DNA of 64,000 nucleotides from Eledone cirrhosa. Taxonomy: Eukaryota. The notes beneath the pieces were generated by a model. The model saw only the letters and a program-made list of their open reading frames with translations, searched no databases and had not been told where the DNA came from. How positions within the stretch are numbered: the stretch's first letter is position 1; each line of letters begins with the position of its first letter. Positions 24,201 through 37,800 of this stretch are shown here, piece after piece. The stretch spans positions 100,068,001 through 100,132,000 of the forward strand of contig OZ024744.1 of NCBI GenBank assembly GCA_964016885.1, read 5' to 3'. A program made the translations under genes and the position numbers.

Positions 24201-27200
24201 GGTGGTGGGCATGGTTGGAGAGCTGTAAAGAAACAGTAGATGGTGGTAGTTGTACTACTGTAAAACATGGTGGTGGGCATGGTTGGAGAGCTGTAAAGAG
24301 ACAGTAGATGGTGGTAGTTGAAAGAACTGTTTAAACAGGGTGGTGGGCATGGTTGGAGAGCTGTAAAGAAACAATAGATGGTGGTAGTTGTAGCACTGTA
24401 AAACAGGGTGGTGGGCATGGTTGGAGAGCTGTAAAGAGACAATAGATGGTGGTAGTTGTAGCACTGTAAATCAGGGTGGTGGGCATGGTTGGAGAGCTGT
24501 AAAGAAACAATAGATGGTGGTAGTTGTAGCACTGTAAAACAGGGTGGTGGGCATGGTTGGAGAGCTGTAAAGAAACAGTAGATGGTGGTAGTTGTAGCAC
24601 TGTAAAACATGGTGGTGGGCATGGTTGGAGAGCTGTAAAGAAACAATAGATGGTGGTAGTTGTAGCACTGTAAAACAGGGTGGTGGGCATGGTTGGAGAG
24701 CTGTAAAGAGACACAAATGGTGGTCGTTGTAGAACTGTAAAACAGGGTGGTGGGCATGGTTGGAGAGCTGTAAAGAGACAGTAGATGGTGGGAGTTGTAG
24801 CACTGTAAATCAGGGTGGTGGGCATGGTTGGAGAGCTGTAAAGAAACAATAGATGGTGGTAGTTGTAGCACTGTAAAACAGGGTGGTGGGCATGGTTGGA
24901 GAGCTGTAAAGAGACAATAGATGGTGGTAGTTGTAGCACTGTAAAACAGGGTGGTGGGCATGGTTGGAGAGCTGTAAAGAGACAATAGATGGTGGTAGTT
25001 GTAGCACTGTAAAACAGGGTGGTGGGCATGGTTGGAGAGCTGTAAAGAGACAATAGATGGTGGTAGTTGTAGCACTGTAAAACAGGGTGGTGGGCATGGT
25101 TCGAGAGCTGTAAAGAAACAATAGATGGTGGTAGTTGTAGCACTGTAAAACAGGGTGGTGGGCATGGTTGGAGAGCTGTAAAGAGACAATAGATGGTGGT
25201 AGTTGTAGCACTGTAAAACAGGGTGGTGGGCATGGTTGGAGAGCTGTAAAGAAACAATAGATGGTGGTAGTTGTAGCACTGTAAAACAGGGTGGTGGGCA
25301 TGGTTGGAGAGCTGTAAAGAAACAATAGATGGTGGTAGTTGTAGTACTGTAAAACAGGGTGGTGGGCATGGTTGGAGAGCTGTAAAGAGACAGTAGATGG
25401 TGGTAGTTGTAGTACTGTAAAACATGGTGGTGGGAATGGTTGGAAAGCTGTAAAGAAACAATAGAAGGTGGTAGTTGTAGCAGTGTAAAACAGGGTGGTG
25501 GGCATGGTTGGAGAGCTGTAAAGAAACAGTAGATTGTGGTAGTTGTAGTACTGTAAAACATGGTGGTGGGCATGGTTGGAAAGCTGTAAAGAAACAATAG
25601 AAGGTCGTAGTTGTAGCAGTGTAAAACAGGGTGGTGGGCATGGTTGGAGAGCTGTAAAGAGACAATAGATGGTGGTAGTTGTAACACTGTAAAATAGGGT
25701 GGTGGGCATGGTTGGAGAGCTGTAAAGAGACAATAGATGGTGGGAGTTGTAGCACTGTAAAACAGGGTGGTGGGCATGGTTGGAGAGCTGTAAAGAAACA
25801 GTAGAAGGTGGTAGTTGTAGCACTGTAAAACAGGGTGGTGGGCATGGTTGGAGAGCTGTAAAGAGACAGTAGAAGGTGGTAGTTGTAGCACTGTAAAACA
25901 GGGTGGTGGGCATGGTTGGAGAGCTGTAAAGAGACAGTACAAGGTGGTAGTTGTAGCAGTGTAAAACTGGGTGGTGGGCATGGTTGGAGAGCTGTAAAGA
26001 GACAATAGATGGTGGTAGTTGTAGCACTGTAAAACAGGGTGGTGGGCATAGTTGGAGACCTGTAAAGAAACAATAGATGGTGGTAGTTGTAGCACTGTAA
26101 AACAGGGTGGTGTGCATGGTTGGAGAGCTGTAAAGAGACAATAGATGGTGGTAGTTGTAGTACTGTAAAACAGGGTGGTGGGCATGGTTGGAGAGCTGTA
26201 AAGAAACAATAGATGGTGGTAGCTGTAGCAGTGTAAAACATGGTGGTGGGCATGGTTGGAGAGCTGTAAAGAGACAATAGATGGTGGTAGTTGTAGCAGT
26301 GTAAAACAGGGTGGTGGGCATTGTTGGAGAGCTGTAAAGAGACAATAGATGGTGGGAGTTGTAGCACTGTAAAACAGGGTGGTGGGCATGGTTGGAGAGC
26401 TGTAAAGAAACGGTAGAAGGTGGTAGTTGTAGCACTGTAAAACAGGGTGGTGGGCATGGTTGGAGAGCTGTAAAGAGACAATAGATGGTGGTAGTTGTAG
26501 CACTGTAAAACAGGGTGGTGGGCATGGTTGGAGAGCTGTAAAGAAACAATAGATGGTGGTAGTTGTAGCAGTGTAAAACATGGTGATGGGCATGGTTGGA
26601 GAGCTGTAAAGAGACAATAGATGGTGGTAGTTGTAGCACTGTAAAACAGGGTGGTGGGCATGGTTGGAGAGCTGTAAAGAGACAATAGATGGTGGTAGTT
26701 GTAGCACTGTAAAACAGGGTGGTGGGCATGGTTGGAGAGCTGTATAGAGACAGTAGATGGTGGTAGTTGTAGCACTGTAAAACAGGGTGGTGGGCCTGGT
26801 TGGAGAGCTGTAAAGATAACAATAGATGGTGGTAGTTGTAGCACTGTAAAACATGGTGGTGGGCATGGTTGCAGAGCTGTAAAGAAACAGTAGATGGTGG
26901 TAGTTGTAGCACTGTAAAAAAGGGTGGTGGTCATGGTTGGAGAGCTGTAAAGAAACAGAAGAAGGTGGTAGTTGTAGCACTGTAAAACAGGGTGGTGGGC
27001 ATGGTTGGAGACCTGTAAAGAAACAGTAGAAGGTGGTAGTTGTAGCACTGTAAAACAGGGTGGTGGGCATGGTTGCAGAGCTGTAAAGAGACAATAGAAG
27101 GTGGTAGTTGTAGCACTGTAAAACAAGGTGGTGGGCATGGTTGGAGAGCTGTAAAGAAACAATAGATGGTGGTAGTTGTAGCACTGTAAAACAGGGTGGT

Positions 27201-30200
27201 GGGCATGGTTGGAGAGCTGTAAAGAAACAGTAGAAGGTGGTAGTTGTAGCACTGTAAAACACGGTGGTGGGCATGGTTGGAGAGCTGTAAAGAAACAGTA
27301 GATGGTGGTAGTTGTAGTAGTGTAAAACATGGTGGTGGGCATGGTTGGAGAGCTGTAAATATACAGTAGATGGTGGGCGTTGTAGCAAAGTAAAACAGTG
27401 TGGTGGGCATGGTTGGGGAGCTGTAAAGAAACAATAGATGGTGGTAGTTGTAGCACTGTAAAACAGGGTGGTGGGCATCGTTGGAGAGCTGTAAAGAGAC
27501 AATAGATGGTGGTAGTTGTAGCACTGTAAAACAGGGTGGTGGGCATGGTTGGAGAGCTGTAAAGAGACAATAGATGGTGGTAGTTGTAGCACTGTAAAAC
27601 AGGGTGGTGGGCATGGTTGGAGAGCTGTAAAGAGACAATAGATGGTGGTTGTTGTAGCAGTGTAAAACATGGTGGTGGGCATGGTTGGAGAGCTGTAAAG
27701 AAACAATAGATGGTGGTAGTTGTAGTACTGTAAAACAGGGTGGTGGGCATGGTTGGAGAGCTGTAAAGAGACAGTAGATGGTGGTAGTTGTAGCACTGTA
27801 AAACAGGGTGGTGGGCATGGTTGGAGTGCTGTAAAGAGACAATAGATGGTGGTAGTTGTAGCACTGTAAAACAGGGTGGTGGGCATGGTTGGAGAGCTGT
27901 ATAGAGACAGTTGATGGTGGTAGTTGTAGCACTGTAAAACAGGGTGGTGGGCCTGGTTGGAGAGCTGTAAAGATAACAATAGATGGTGGTAGCTGTAGCA
28001 CTGTAAAACATGGTGGTGGGCATGGTTGGAGAGCTGTAAAGAAACAGTAGATGGTGGTAGTTGTAGCACTGTAAAAAAGGGTGGTGGGCATGGTTGGAGA
28101 GCTGTAAAGAAACAGAAGAAGGTGGTAGTTGTAGCACTGTAAAACAGGGTGGTGGGCATGGTTGGAGAGCTGTAAAGAAACAGTAGAAGGTGGTAGTTGT
28201 AGCACTGTAAAACAGGGTGGTGGGCATGGTTGGAGAGCTGTAAAGAGACAATAGAAGGTGGTAGTTGTAGCACTGTAAAACAAGGTGGTGGGCATGGTTG
28301 GAGAGCTGTAAAGAAACAATAGATGGTGGTAGTTGTAGCACTGTAAAACAGGGTGGTGGGCATGGTTGGAGAGCTGTAAAGAAACAGTAGAAGGTGGTAG
28401 TTGTAGCACTGTAAAACAGGGTGGTGGGCATGGTTGGAGAGCTGTAAAGAAACAGTAGATGGTGGTAGTTGTAGCACTGTAAAACAGGGTGGCGGGCATG
28501 GTTGGAGAGCTGTAAAGATACAGTAGATGGTGGGAGTTGTAGCACTGTAAAACAGTGTGGTGGGCATGGTTGGAGAGCTGTAGACAAACAATAGATGGTG
28601 GTAGTTGTAGCACTGTAAAACAGGGTGGTGGGCATGGTTGGAGAGCTGTAAAGAAACAGTAGATGGTGGTAGTTGTAGCACTGTAAAACAGGGTGGCGGG
28701 CATGGTTGGAGAGCTGTAAAGATACAGTAGATGGTGGGAGTTGTAGCACTGTAAAACAGTGTGGTGGGCATGGTTGGAGAGCTGTAGACAAACAATAGAT
28801 GGTGGTAGTTGTAGCACTGTCAAACAGGGTGGTGGGCATGGTTGGAGAGCTGTAAAGAGACAATAGATGGTGGTAGTTGTAGCACTGTAAAACAGGGTGG
28901 TGGGCATGGTTGGAGAGCTGTAAAGAGACAATAGATGGTGGTAGTTGTAGCACTGTAAAACAGGGTGGTGGGCATGGTTGGAGAGCTGTAAAGAAACAAT
29001 AGATGGTGGTAGTTGTAGCACAGTAAAACAGGTTGGTGGGCATGATTGGAGAGCTGTAAAGAAACAATAGATGGTGGTAGTTGTAGTACTGTAAAACAGG
29101 GTGGTGGGCATGGTTGGAGAGCTGTAAAGAGACAGTAGATGGTGGTAGTTGTAGCACTGTAAAACAGGGTGGTGGGCATGGTTGGAGAGCTGTAAAGAAA
29201 CAGTAGATGGTGGTAGTTGTAGTACTGTAAAACATGGTGGTGGGCATGGTTGGAGAGCTGTGAAGAAACAGTAGATGGTGGTAGTTGTAGCACTGTAAAA
29301 CAGGGTGGTGGGCATGGTTGAAGAGCTGTAAAGAAACAGTAGATGGTGGTAGTTGTAGCACTGTAAAACAGGGTGGTGGGCATGGTTGGAGAGCTGTAAA
29401 GAAATAATAGAAGGTGGTAGTTGTAGCACTGTAAAGCAGGGTGGTGGGCATGGTTGGAGAGCTGTAAAGAGACAATAGATGGTGGTAGTTGTAGCACTGT
29501 AAAACATGGTGGTGCGCATGGTTGGAGAGCTGTAAAGAAACAATAGATGGTGGTAGTTGTAACACTGTAAAACAGGGTGGTGGGCATGGTTGGAGAGCTG
29601 TAAAGAAACAATAGATGGTGGTGGTTGTAGCACTGTAAAACAGGGTGTTGGGCATGGTTGGAGAGCTGTAAAGTGACAGTAGATGGTGGTAGTTGTAGCA
29701 CTGTAAAACAGGGTGGTTGGCATGGTTGGAGAGCTGTAAAGAAACAGTAGATGGTGGTAGTTGTAGTACTGTAAAACATGGTGGTGGGCATGGTTGGAGA
29801 GCTGTAAAGAAACAATAGAAGGTGGTAGTTGTAGCACTGTAAAACAGGGTGGTGGGCATGGTTGGAGAGCTGTAAAGAGACAATAGATGGTGGTAGTTGT
29901 AGCACTGTAAAACATGGTGGTGGGCATGGTTGGAGAGCTGTAAAGAAACAGTAGATGGTGGTAGTTGTAGCACTGTAAAACAGGGTGGTGGGCATGGTTG
30001 GAGAGCTGTAAAGAAACAGTAGATGGTGGTAGTTGTACTACTGTAAAACATGGTGGTGGGCATGGTTGGAGAGCTGTAAAGAGACAGTAGATGGTGGTAG
30101 TTGAAAGAACTGTTTAAACAGGGTGGTGGGCATGGTTGGAGAGCTGTAAAGAAACAATAGATGGTGGTAGTTGTAGCACTGTAAAACAGGGTGGTGGGCA

Positions 30201-31670
30201 TGGTTGGAGAGCTGTAAAGAGACAATAGATGGTGGTAGTTGTAGCACTGTAAATCAGGGTGGTGGGCATGGTTGGAGAGCTGTAAAGAAACAATAGATGG
30301 TGGTAGTTGTAGCACTGTAAAACAGGGTGGTGGGCATGGTTGGAGAGCTGTAAAGAAACAGTAGATGGTGGTAGTTGTAGCACTGTAAAACATGGTGGTG
30401 GGCATGGTTGGAGAGCTGTAAAGAAACAATAGATGGTGGTAGTTGTAGCACTGTAAAACAGGGTGGTGGGCATGGTTGGAGAGCTGTAAAGAGACACAAA
30501 TGGTGGTCGTTGTAGAACTGTAAAACAGGGTGGTGGGCATGGTTGGAGAGCTGTAAAGAGACAGTAGATGGTGGGAGTTGTAGCACTGTAAATCAGGGTG
30601 GTGGGCATGGTTGGAGAGCTGTAAAGAAACAATAGATGGTGGTAGTTGTAGCACTGTAAAACAGGGTGGTGGGCATGGTTGGAGAGCTGTAAAGAGACAA
30701 TAGATGGTGGTAGTTGTAGCACTGTAAAACAGGGTGGTGGGCATGGTTGGAGAGCTGTAAAGAGACAATAGATGGTGGTAGTTGTAGCACTGTAAAACAG
30801 GGTGGTGGGCATGGTTGGAGAGCTGTAAAGAGACAATAGATGGTGGTAGTTGTAGCACTGTAAAACAGGGTGGTGGGCATGGTTCGAGAGCTGTAAAGAA
30901 ACAATAGATGGTGGTAGTTGTAGCACTGTAAAACAGGGTGGTGGGCATGGTTGGAGAGCTGTAAAGAGACAATAGATGGTGGTAGTTGTAGCACTGTAAA
31001 ACAGGGTGGTGGGCATGGTTGGAGAGCTGTAAAGAAACAATAGATGGTGGTAGTTGTAGCACTGTAAAACAGGGTGGTGGGCATGGTTGGAGAGCTGTAA
31101 AGAAACAATAGATGGTGGTAGTTGTAGTACTGTAAAACAGGGTGGTGGGCATGGTTGGAGAGCTGTAAAGAGACAGTAGATGGTGGTAGTTGTAGTACTG
31201 TAAAACATGGTGGTGGGAATGGTTGGAAAGCTGTAAAGAAACAATAGAAGGTGGTAGTTGTAGCAGTGTAAAACAGGGTGGTGGGCATGGTTGGAGAGCT
31301 GTAAAGAAACAGTAGATTGTGGTAGTTGTAGTACTGTAAAACATGGTGGTGGGCATGGTTGGAAAGCTGTAAAGAAACAATAGAAGGTCGTAGTTGTAGC
31401 AGTGTAAAACAGGGTGGTGGGCATGGTTGGAGAGCTGTAAAGAGACAATAGATGGTGGTAGTTGTAACACTGTAAAATAGGGTGGTGGGCATGGTTGGAG
31501 AGCTGTAAAGAGACAATAGATGGTGGGAGTTGTAGCACTGTAAAACAGGGTGGTGGGCATGGTTGGAGAGCTGTAAAGAAACAGTAGAAGGTGGTAGTTG
31601 TAGCACTGTAAAACAGGGTGGTGGGCATGGTTGGAGAGCTGTAAAGAGACAGTACAAGGTGGTAGTTGTA
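20161..31670. repeat. Near-identical tandem duplication, period 5783 bp (85 monomers)
   Basis: ORF pairs 21148..24144/26931..29927, 23037..24212/28820..29995, 24255..24464/30038..30247 and 24471..24803/30254..30586 are offset by exactly 5783 and their translations appear identical. 5783 = 85x68 +1 +1 +2 -1, which matches the four indel monomers seen per copy. Confidence 0.95.
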
Positions 31671-31889
31671 GCACTGTAAAACAGGGTGGTGGGCATGGTT
31701 GGAGAGCTGTAAAGAAACAGTAGAAGGTGGTAGTTGTAGTACTGTAAAACATGGTGGTGGGCATGGTTGGAGAGCTGTAAAGATAACAATAGATGGTGGT
31801 AGTTGTAGCACTGTAAAACATGGTGGAGGGCATGGTTGGAGAGCTGTAAAGAAACAGTATATGGTGGTAGTTGTAGCACTGTAAAACAT

Positions 31890-34800
31890 GGTGGTGGGCA
31901 TGGTTGGAGAGCTGTAAAGATAACAATAGATGGTGGTAGTTGTAGCACTGTAAAACATGGTGGAGGGCATGGTTGGAGAGCTGTAAAGAAACAGTAGATG
32001 GTGGTAGTTGTAGCACTGTAAAACAAGGTGGTGGGCATGGTTGGAGAGCTGTAAAGAAACAATAGATGGTGGTAGTTGTAGCACTGTAAAACAGGGTGGT
32101 GGGCATGGTTGGAGAGCTGTAAAGAAACAGTAGAAAGTGGTAGTTGTAACACTGTAAAACAGGGTGGTGGGCATGGTTGGAGAGCTGTAAAGAAACAATA
32201 GATGGTGGTAGTTGTAGCACTGTAAAACAGGGTGGTGGGCATGGTTGGAGAGCTGTAAAGAAACAGTAGAAGGTGGTAGTTGTAGCACTGTAAAAAAGGT
32301 TGGTGGGCATGGTTGGAGAGCTGTAAAGGAACAGTAGATGGTGGTAGTTGTAGCACTGTAAAACAGGGTGGTGGGCATGGTTGGAGAGCTGTAAAGAAAC
32401 AGTAGAAGGTGGTAGTTGTAGCACTGTAAAACAGGGTGGTGGGCATGGTTGGAGAGCTGTAAAGAAACAGTAGATGGTGGTAGTTGTAGCACTGTAAAAC
32501 AGGGTGGTGGGCATGGTTGGAGAGCTGTAAAGATAACAATAGATGGTGGTAGTTGTAGCACTGTAAAACATGGTGGAGGGCATGGTTGGAGAGCTGTAAA
32601 GAAACAGTAGATGGTGGTAGTTGTAGCACTGTAAAACAAGGTGGTGGGCATGGTTGGAGAGCTGTAAAGAAACAATAGATGGTGGTAGTTGTATCACTGT
32701 AAAACAGGGTGGTGGGCATGGTTGGAGAGCTGTAAAGAAACAGTAGAAAGTGGTAGTTGTAACACTGTAAAACAGGGTGGTGGGCATGGTTGGAGAGCTG
32801 TAAAGAGACAGTAGATGGTGGGAGTTGTAGCACTGTAAAACAGGGTGGTGGGCAGGGTTGGAGAGCTGTAAAGAAACAATAGATGGTGGTAGTTGTAGCA
32901 CTGTAAAACAGGGTGGTGGGCATGGTTGGAGAGCTGTAAAGAGACAATAGATGGTGGTAGTTGTAGCACTGTAAAACAGGGTGGTGGGCATGGTTGGAGA
33001 GCTGTAAAGAGACAATAGATGGTGGTAGTTGTAGCACTGTAAAACAGGGTGGTGGGCATGGTTGGAGAGCTGTAAAGAGACAATAGATGGTGGTAGTTGT
33101 AGCACTGTAAAACAGGGTGGTGGGCATGGTTGGAGAGCTGAAAAGAGACAATAGATGGTGGTAGTTGTAGCACTGTAAAACAGGGTGGTGGGCATGGTTG
33201 GAGAGCTGTAAAGAAACAATAGATGGTGGTAGTTGTAGCACTGTAAAACAGGGTGGTGGGCATGGTTGGAGAGCTGTAAAGAAACAATAGATGGTGGTAG
33301 TTGTAGCACTGTAAAACAGGTTGGTGGGCATGGTTGGGGAGCTGTAAAGAAACAATAGATGGTGGTAGTTGTAGTACTGTAAAACAGGGTGGTGGGCATG
33401 GTTGGAGATCTGTAAAGAGACAGGAGATGGTGGTAGTTGTAGCACTGTCAAACAGGGTGGTGGGCATGGTTGGAGAGCTGTAAAGATAACAATAGATGGT
33501 GGTAGTTGTAGCACTGTAAAACATGGTGGAGGGCATGGTTGGAGAGCTGTAAAGAAACAGTAGATGGTGGTAGTTGTAGTACTGTAAAACATGGTGGTGG
33601 GCATGGTTGGAGAGCTGTAAATATAACAATAGATGGTGGTAGTTGTAGCACTGTAAAACATGGTGGAGGGCATGGTTGGAGAGCTGTAAAGAAACAGTAG
33701 ATGGTGGTAGTTGTAGCACTGTAAAACAAGGTGGTGGGCATGGTTGGAGAGCTGTAAAGAAACAATAGATGGTGGTAGTTGTAGCACTGTAAAACAGGGT
33801 GGTGGGCATGGTTGGAGAGCTGTAAAGAAACAGTAGAAAGTGGTAGTTGTAACACTGTAAAACAGGGTGGTGGGCATGGTTGGAGAGCTGTAAAGAAACA
33901 ATAGATGGTGGTAGTTGTAGCACTGTAAAACAGGGTGGTGGGCATGGTTGGAGAGCTGTAAAGAAACAGTAGAAGGTGGTAGTTGTAGCACTGTAAAAAA
34001 GGTTGGTGGGCATGGTTGGAGAGCTGTAAAGAAACAGTAGATGGTGGTAGTTGTAGCACTGTAAAACAGGGTGGGGGGCATGGTTGGAGAGCTGTAAAGA
34101 AACAGTAGAAGGTGGTAGTTGTAGCACTGTAAAACAGGGTGGTGGGCATGGTTGGAGAGCTGTAAAGAAACAGTAGATGGTGGTAGTTGTAGCACTGTAA
34201 AACAGGGTGGTGGGCATGGTTGGAGAGCTGTAAAGAAACAGTAGATGGTGGTAGTTGTAGCACTGTAAAACAAGGTGGTGGGCATGGTTGGAGAGCTGTA
34301 AAGAAACAATAGATGGTGGTAGTTGTAGCACTGTAAAACAGGGTGGTGGGCATGGTTGGAGAGCTGTAAAGAAACAGTAGAAAGTGGTAGTTGTAACACT
34401 GTAAAACAGGGTGGTGGGCATGGTTGGAGAGCTGTAAAGAGACAGTAGATGGTGGGAGTTGTAGCACTGTAAAACAGGGTGGTGGGCAGGGTTGGAGAGC
34501 TGTAAAGAAACAATAGATGGTGGTAGTTGTAGCACTGTAAAACAGGGTGGTGGGCATGGTTGGAGAGCTGTAAAGAGACAATAGATGGTGGTAGTTGTAG
34601 CACTGTAAAACAGGGTGGTGGGCATGGTTGGAGAGCTGTAAAGAGACAATAGATGGTGGTAGTTGTAGCACTGTAAAACAGGGTGGTGGGCATGGTTGGA
34701 GAGCTGTAAAGAGACAATAGATGGTGGTAGTTGTAGCACTGTAAAACAGGGTGGTGGGCATGGTTGGAGAGCTGAAAAGAGACAATAGATGGTGGTAGTT

Positions 34801-37800
34801 GTAGCACTGTAAAACAGGGTGGTGGGCATGGTTGGAGAGCTGTAAAGAAACAATAGATGGTGGTAGTTGTAGCACTGTAAAACAGGGTGGTGGGCATGGT
34901 TGGAGAGCTGTAAAGAAACAATAGATGGTGGTAGTTGTAGCACTGTAAAACAGGTTGGTGGGCATGGTTGGGGAGCTGTAAAGAAACAATAGATGGTGGT
35001 AGTTGTAGTACTGTAAAACAGGGTGGTGGGCATGGTTGGAGAGCTGTAAAGAGACAGGAGATGGTGGTAGTTGTAGCACTGTCAAATAGGGTGGTGGGCA
35101 TGGTTGGAGAGCTGTAAAGATAACAATAGATGGTGGTAGTTGTAGCACTGTAAAACATGGTGGAGGGCATGGTTGGAGAGCTGTAAAGAAACAGTAGATG
35201 GTGGTAGTTGTAGTACTGTAAAACATGGTGGTGGGCATGGTTGGAGAGCTGTAAATATAACAATAGATGGTGGTAGTTGTAGCACTGTAAAACATGGTGG
35301 AGGGCATGGTTGGAGAGCTGTAAAGAAACAGTAGATGGTGGTAGTTGTAGCACTGTAAAACAAGGTGGTGGGCATGGTTGGAGAGCTGTAAAGAAACAAT
35401 AGATGGTGGTAGTTGTAGCACTGTAAAACAGGGTGGTGGGCATGGTTGGAGAGCTGTAAAGAAACAGTAGAAAGTGGTAGTTGTAACACTGTAAAACAGG
35501 GTGGTGGGCATGGTTGGAGAGCTGTAAAGAAACAATAGATGGTGGTAGTTGTAGCACTGTAAAACAGGGTGGTGGGCATGGTTGGAGAGCTGTAAAGAAA
35601 CAGTAGAAGGTGGTAGTTGTAGCACTGTAAAAAAGGTTGGTGGGCATGGTTGGAGAGCTGTAAAGAAACAGTAGATGGTGGTAGTTGTAGCACTGTAAAA
35701 CAGGGTGGGGGGCATGGTTGGAGAGCTGTAAAGAAACAGTAGAAGGTGGTAGTTGTAGCACTGTAAAACAGGGTGGTGGGCATGGTTGGAGAGCTGTAAA
35801 GAAACAGTAGATGGTGGTAGTTGTAGCACTGTAAAACAGGGTGGTGGGCATGGTTGGAGAGCTGTAAAGATAACAATAGATGGTGGTAGTTGTAGCACTG
35901 TAAAACATGGTGGAGGGCATGGTTGGAGAGCTGTAAAGAAACAGTAGATGGTGGTAGTTGTAGCACTGTAAATCAAGGTGGTGGGCATGGTTGGAGAGCT
36001 GTAAAGAAACAATAGATGGTGGTAGTTGTAGCACTGTAAAACAGGGTGGTGGGCATGGTTGGAGAGCTGTAAAGAAACAGTAGAAAGTGGTAGTTGTAAC
36101 ACTGTAAAACAGGGTGGTGGGCATGGTTGGAGAGCTGTAAAGAGACAGTAGATGGTGGGAGTTGTAGCACTGTAAAACAGGGTGGTGGGCAGGGTTGGAG
36201 AGCTGTAAAGAAACAATAGATGGTGGTAGTTGTAGCACTGTAAAACAGGGTGGTGGGCATGGTTGGAGAGCTGTAAAGAGACAATAGATGGTGGTAGTTG
36301 TAGCACTGTAAAACAGGGTGGTGGGCATGGTTGGAGAGCTGTAAAGAGACAATAGATGGTGGTAGTTGTAGCACTGTAAAACAGGGTGGTGGGCATGGTT
36401 GGAGAGCTGTAAAGAGACAATAGATGGTGGTAGTTGTAGCACTGTAAAACAGGGTGGTGGGCATGGTTGGAGAGCTGAAAAGAGACAATAGATGGTGGTA
36501 GTTGTAGCACTGTAAAACAGGGTGGTGGGCATGGTTGGAGAACTGTAAAGAAACAATAGATGGTGGTAGTTGTAGCACTGTAAAACAGGGTGGTGGGCAT
36601 GGTTGGAGAGCTGTAAAGAAACAATAGATGGTGGTAGTTGTAGCACTGTAAAACAGGTTGGTGGGCATGGTTGGGGAGCTGTAAAGAAACAATAGATGGT
36701 GGTAGTTGTAGTACTGTAAAACAGGGTGGTGGGCATGGTTGGAGAGCTGTAAAGAGACAGTAGATGGTGGTAGTTGTAGCACTGTCAAACAGGGTGGTGG
36801 GCATGGTTGGAGAGCTGTAAAGAAACAGTAGATGGTGGTAGTTGTAGTACTGTAAAACAGGGTGGTGGGCATGGTTGGAGAGCTGTAAAGAAACAATAGA
36901 AGGTGGTAGTTGTAGCAGTGTAAAACAGGGTGGTGGGCATGGTTGGAGAGCTGTAAAGAGACAATAGATGGTGGTAGTTGTAGCACTGTAAAACAGGGTG
37001 GTGGGCATGGTTGGAGAGCTGTAAAGAAACAGTAGAAGGTGGTAGTTGTAGCACTGTAAAAAAGGTTGGTGGGCATGGTTGGAGAGCTGTAAAGAAACAG
37101 TAGATGGTGGTAGTTGTAGCACTGTAAAACAGGGTGGGGGGCATGGTTGGAGAGCTGTAAAGAAACAGTAGAAGGTGGTAGTTGTAGCACTGTAAAACAG
37201 GGTGGTGGGCATGGTTGGAGAGCTGTAAAGAAACAGTAGATGGTGGTAGTTGTAGCACTGTAAAACAGGGTGGTGGGCATGGTTGGAGAGCTGTAAAGAT
37301 AACAATAGATGGTGGTAGTTGTAGCACTGTAAAACATGGTGGAGGGCATGGTTGGAGAGCTGTAAAGAAACAGTAGATGGTGGTAGTTGTAGCACTGTAA
37401 AACAAGGTGGTGGGCATGGTTGGAGAGCTGTAAAGAAACAATAGATGGTGGTAGTTGTAGCACTGTAAAACAGGGTGGTGGGCATGGTTGGAGAGCTGTA
37501 AAGAAACAGTAGAAAGTGGTAGTTGTAACACTGTAAAACAGGGTGGTGGGCATGGTTGGAGAGCTGTAAAGAGACAGTAGATGGTGGGAGTTGTAGCACT
37601 GTAAAACAGGGTGGTGGGCAGGGTTGGAGAGCTGTAAAGAAACAATAGATGGTGGTAGTTGTAGCACTGTAAAACAGGGTGGTGGGCATGGTTGGAGAGC
37701 TGTAAAGAGACAATAGATGGTGGTAGTTGTAGCACTGTAAAACAGGGTGGTGGGCATGGTTGGAGAGCTGTAAAGAGACAATAGATGGTGGTAGTTGTAG

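Noticed and set aside
31699-31884. 61-aa plus-strand ORF
   Set aside because: It is a chance read-through caused by a 69-bp monomer and a tag-to-tat variant, and consists entirely of repeat sequence.
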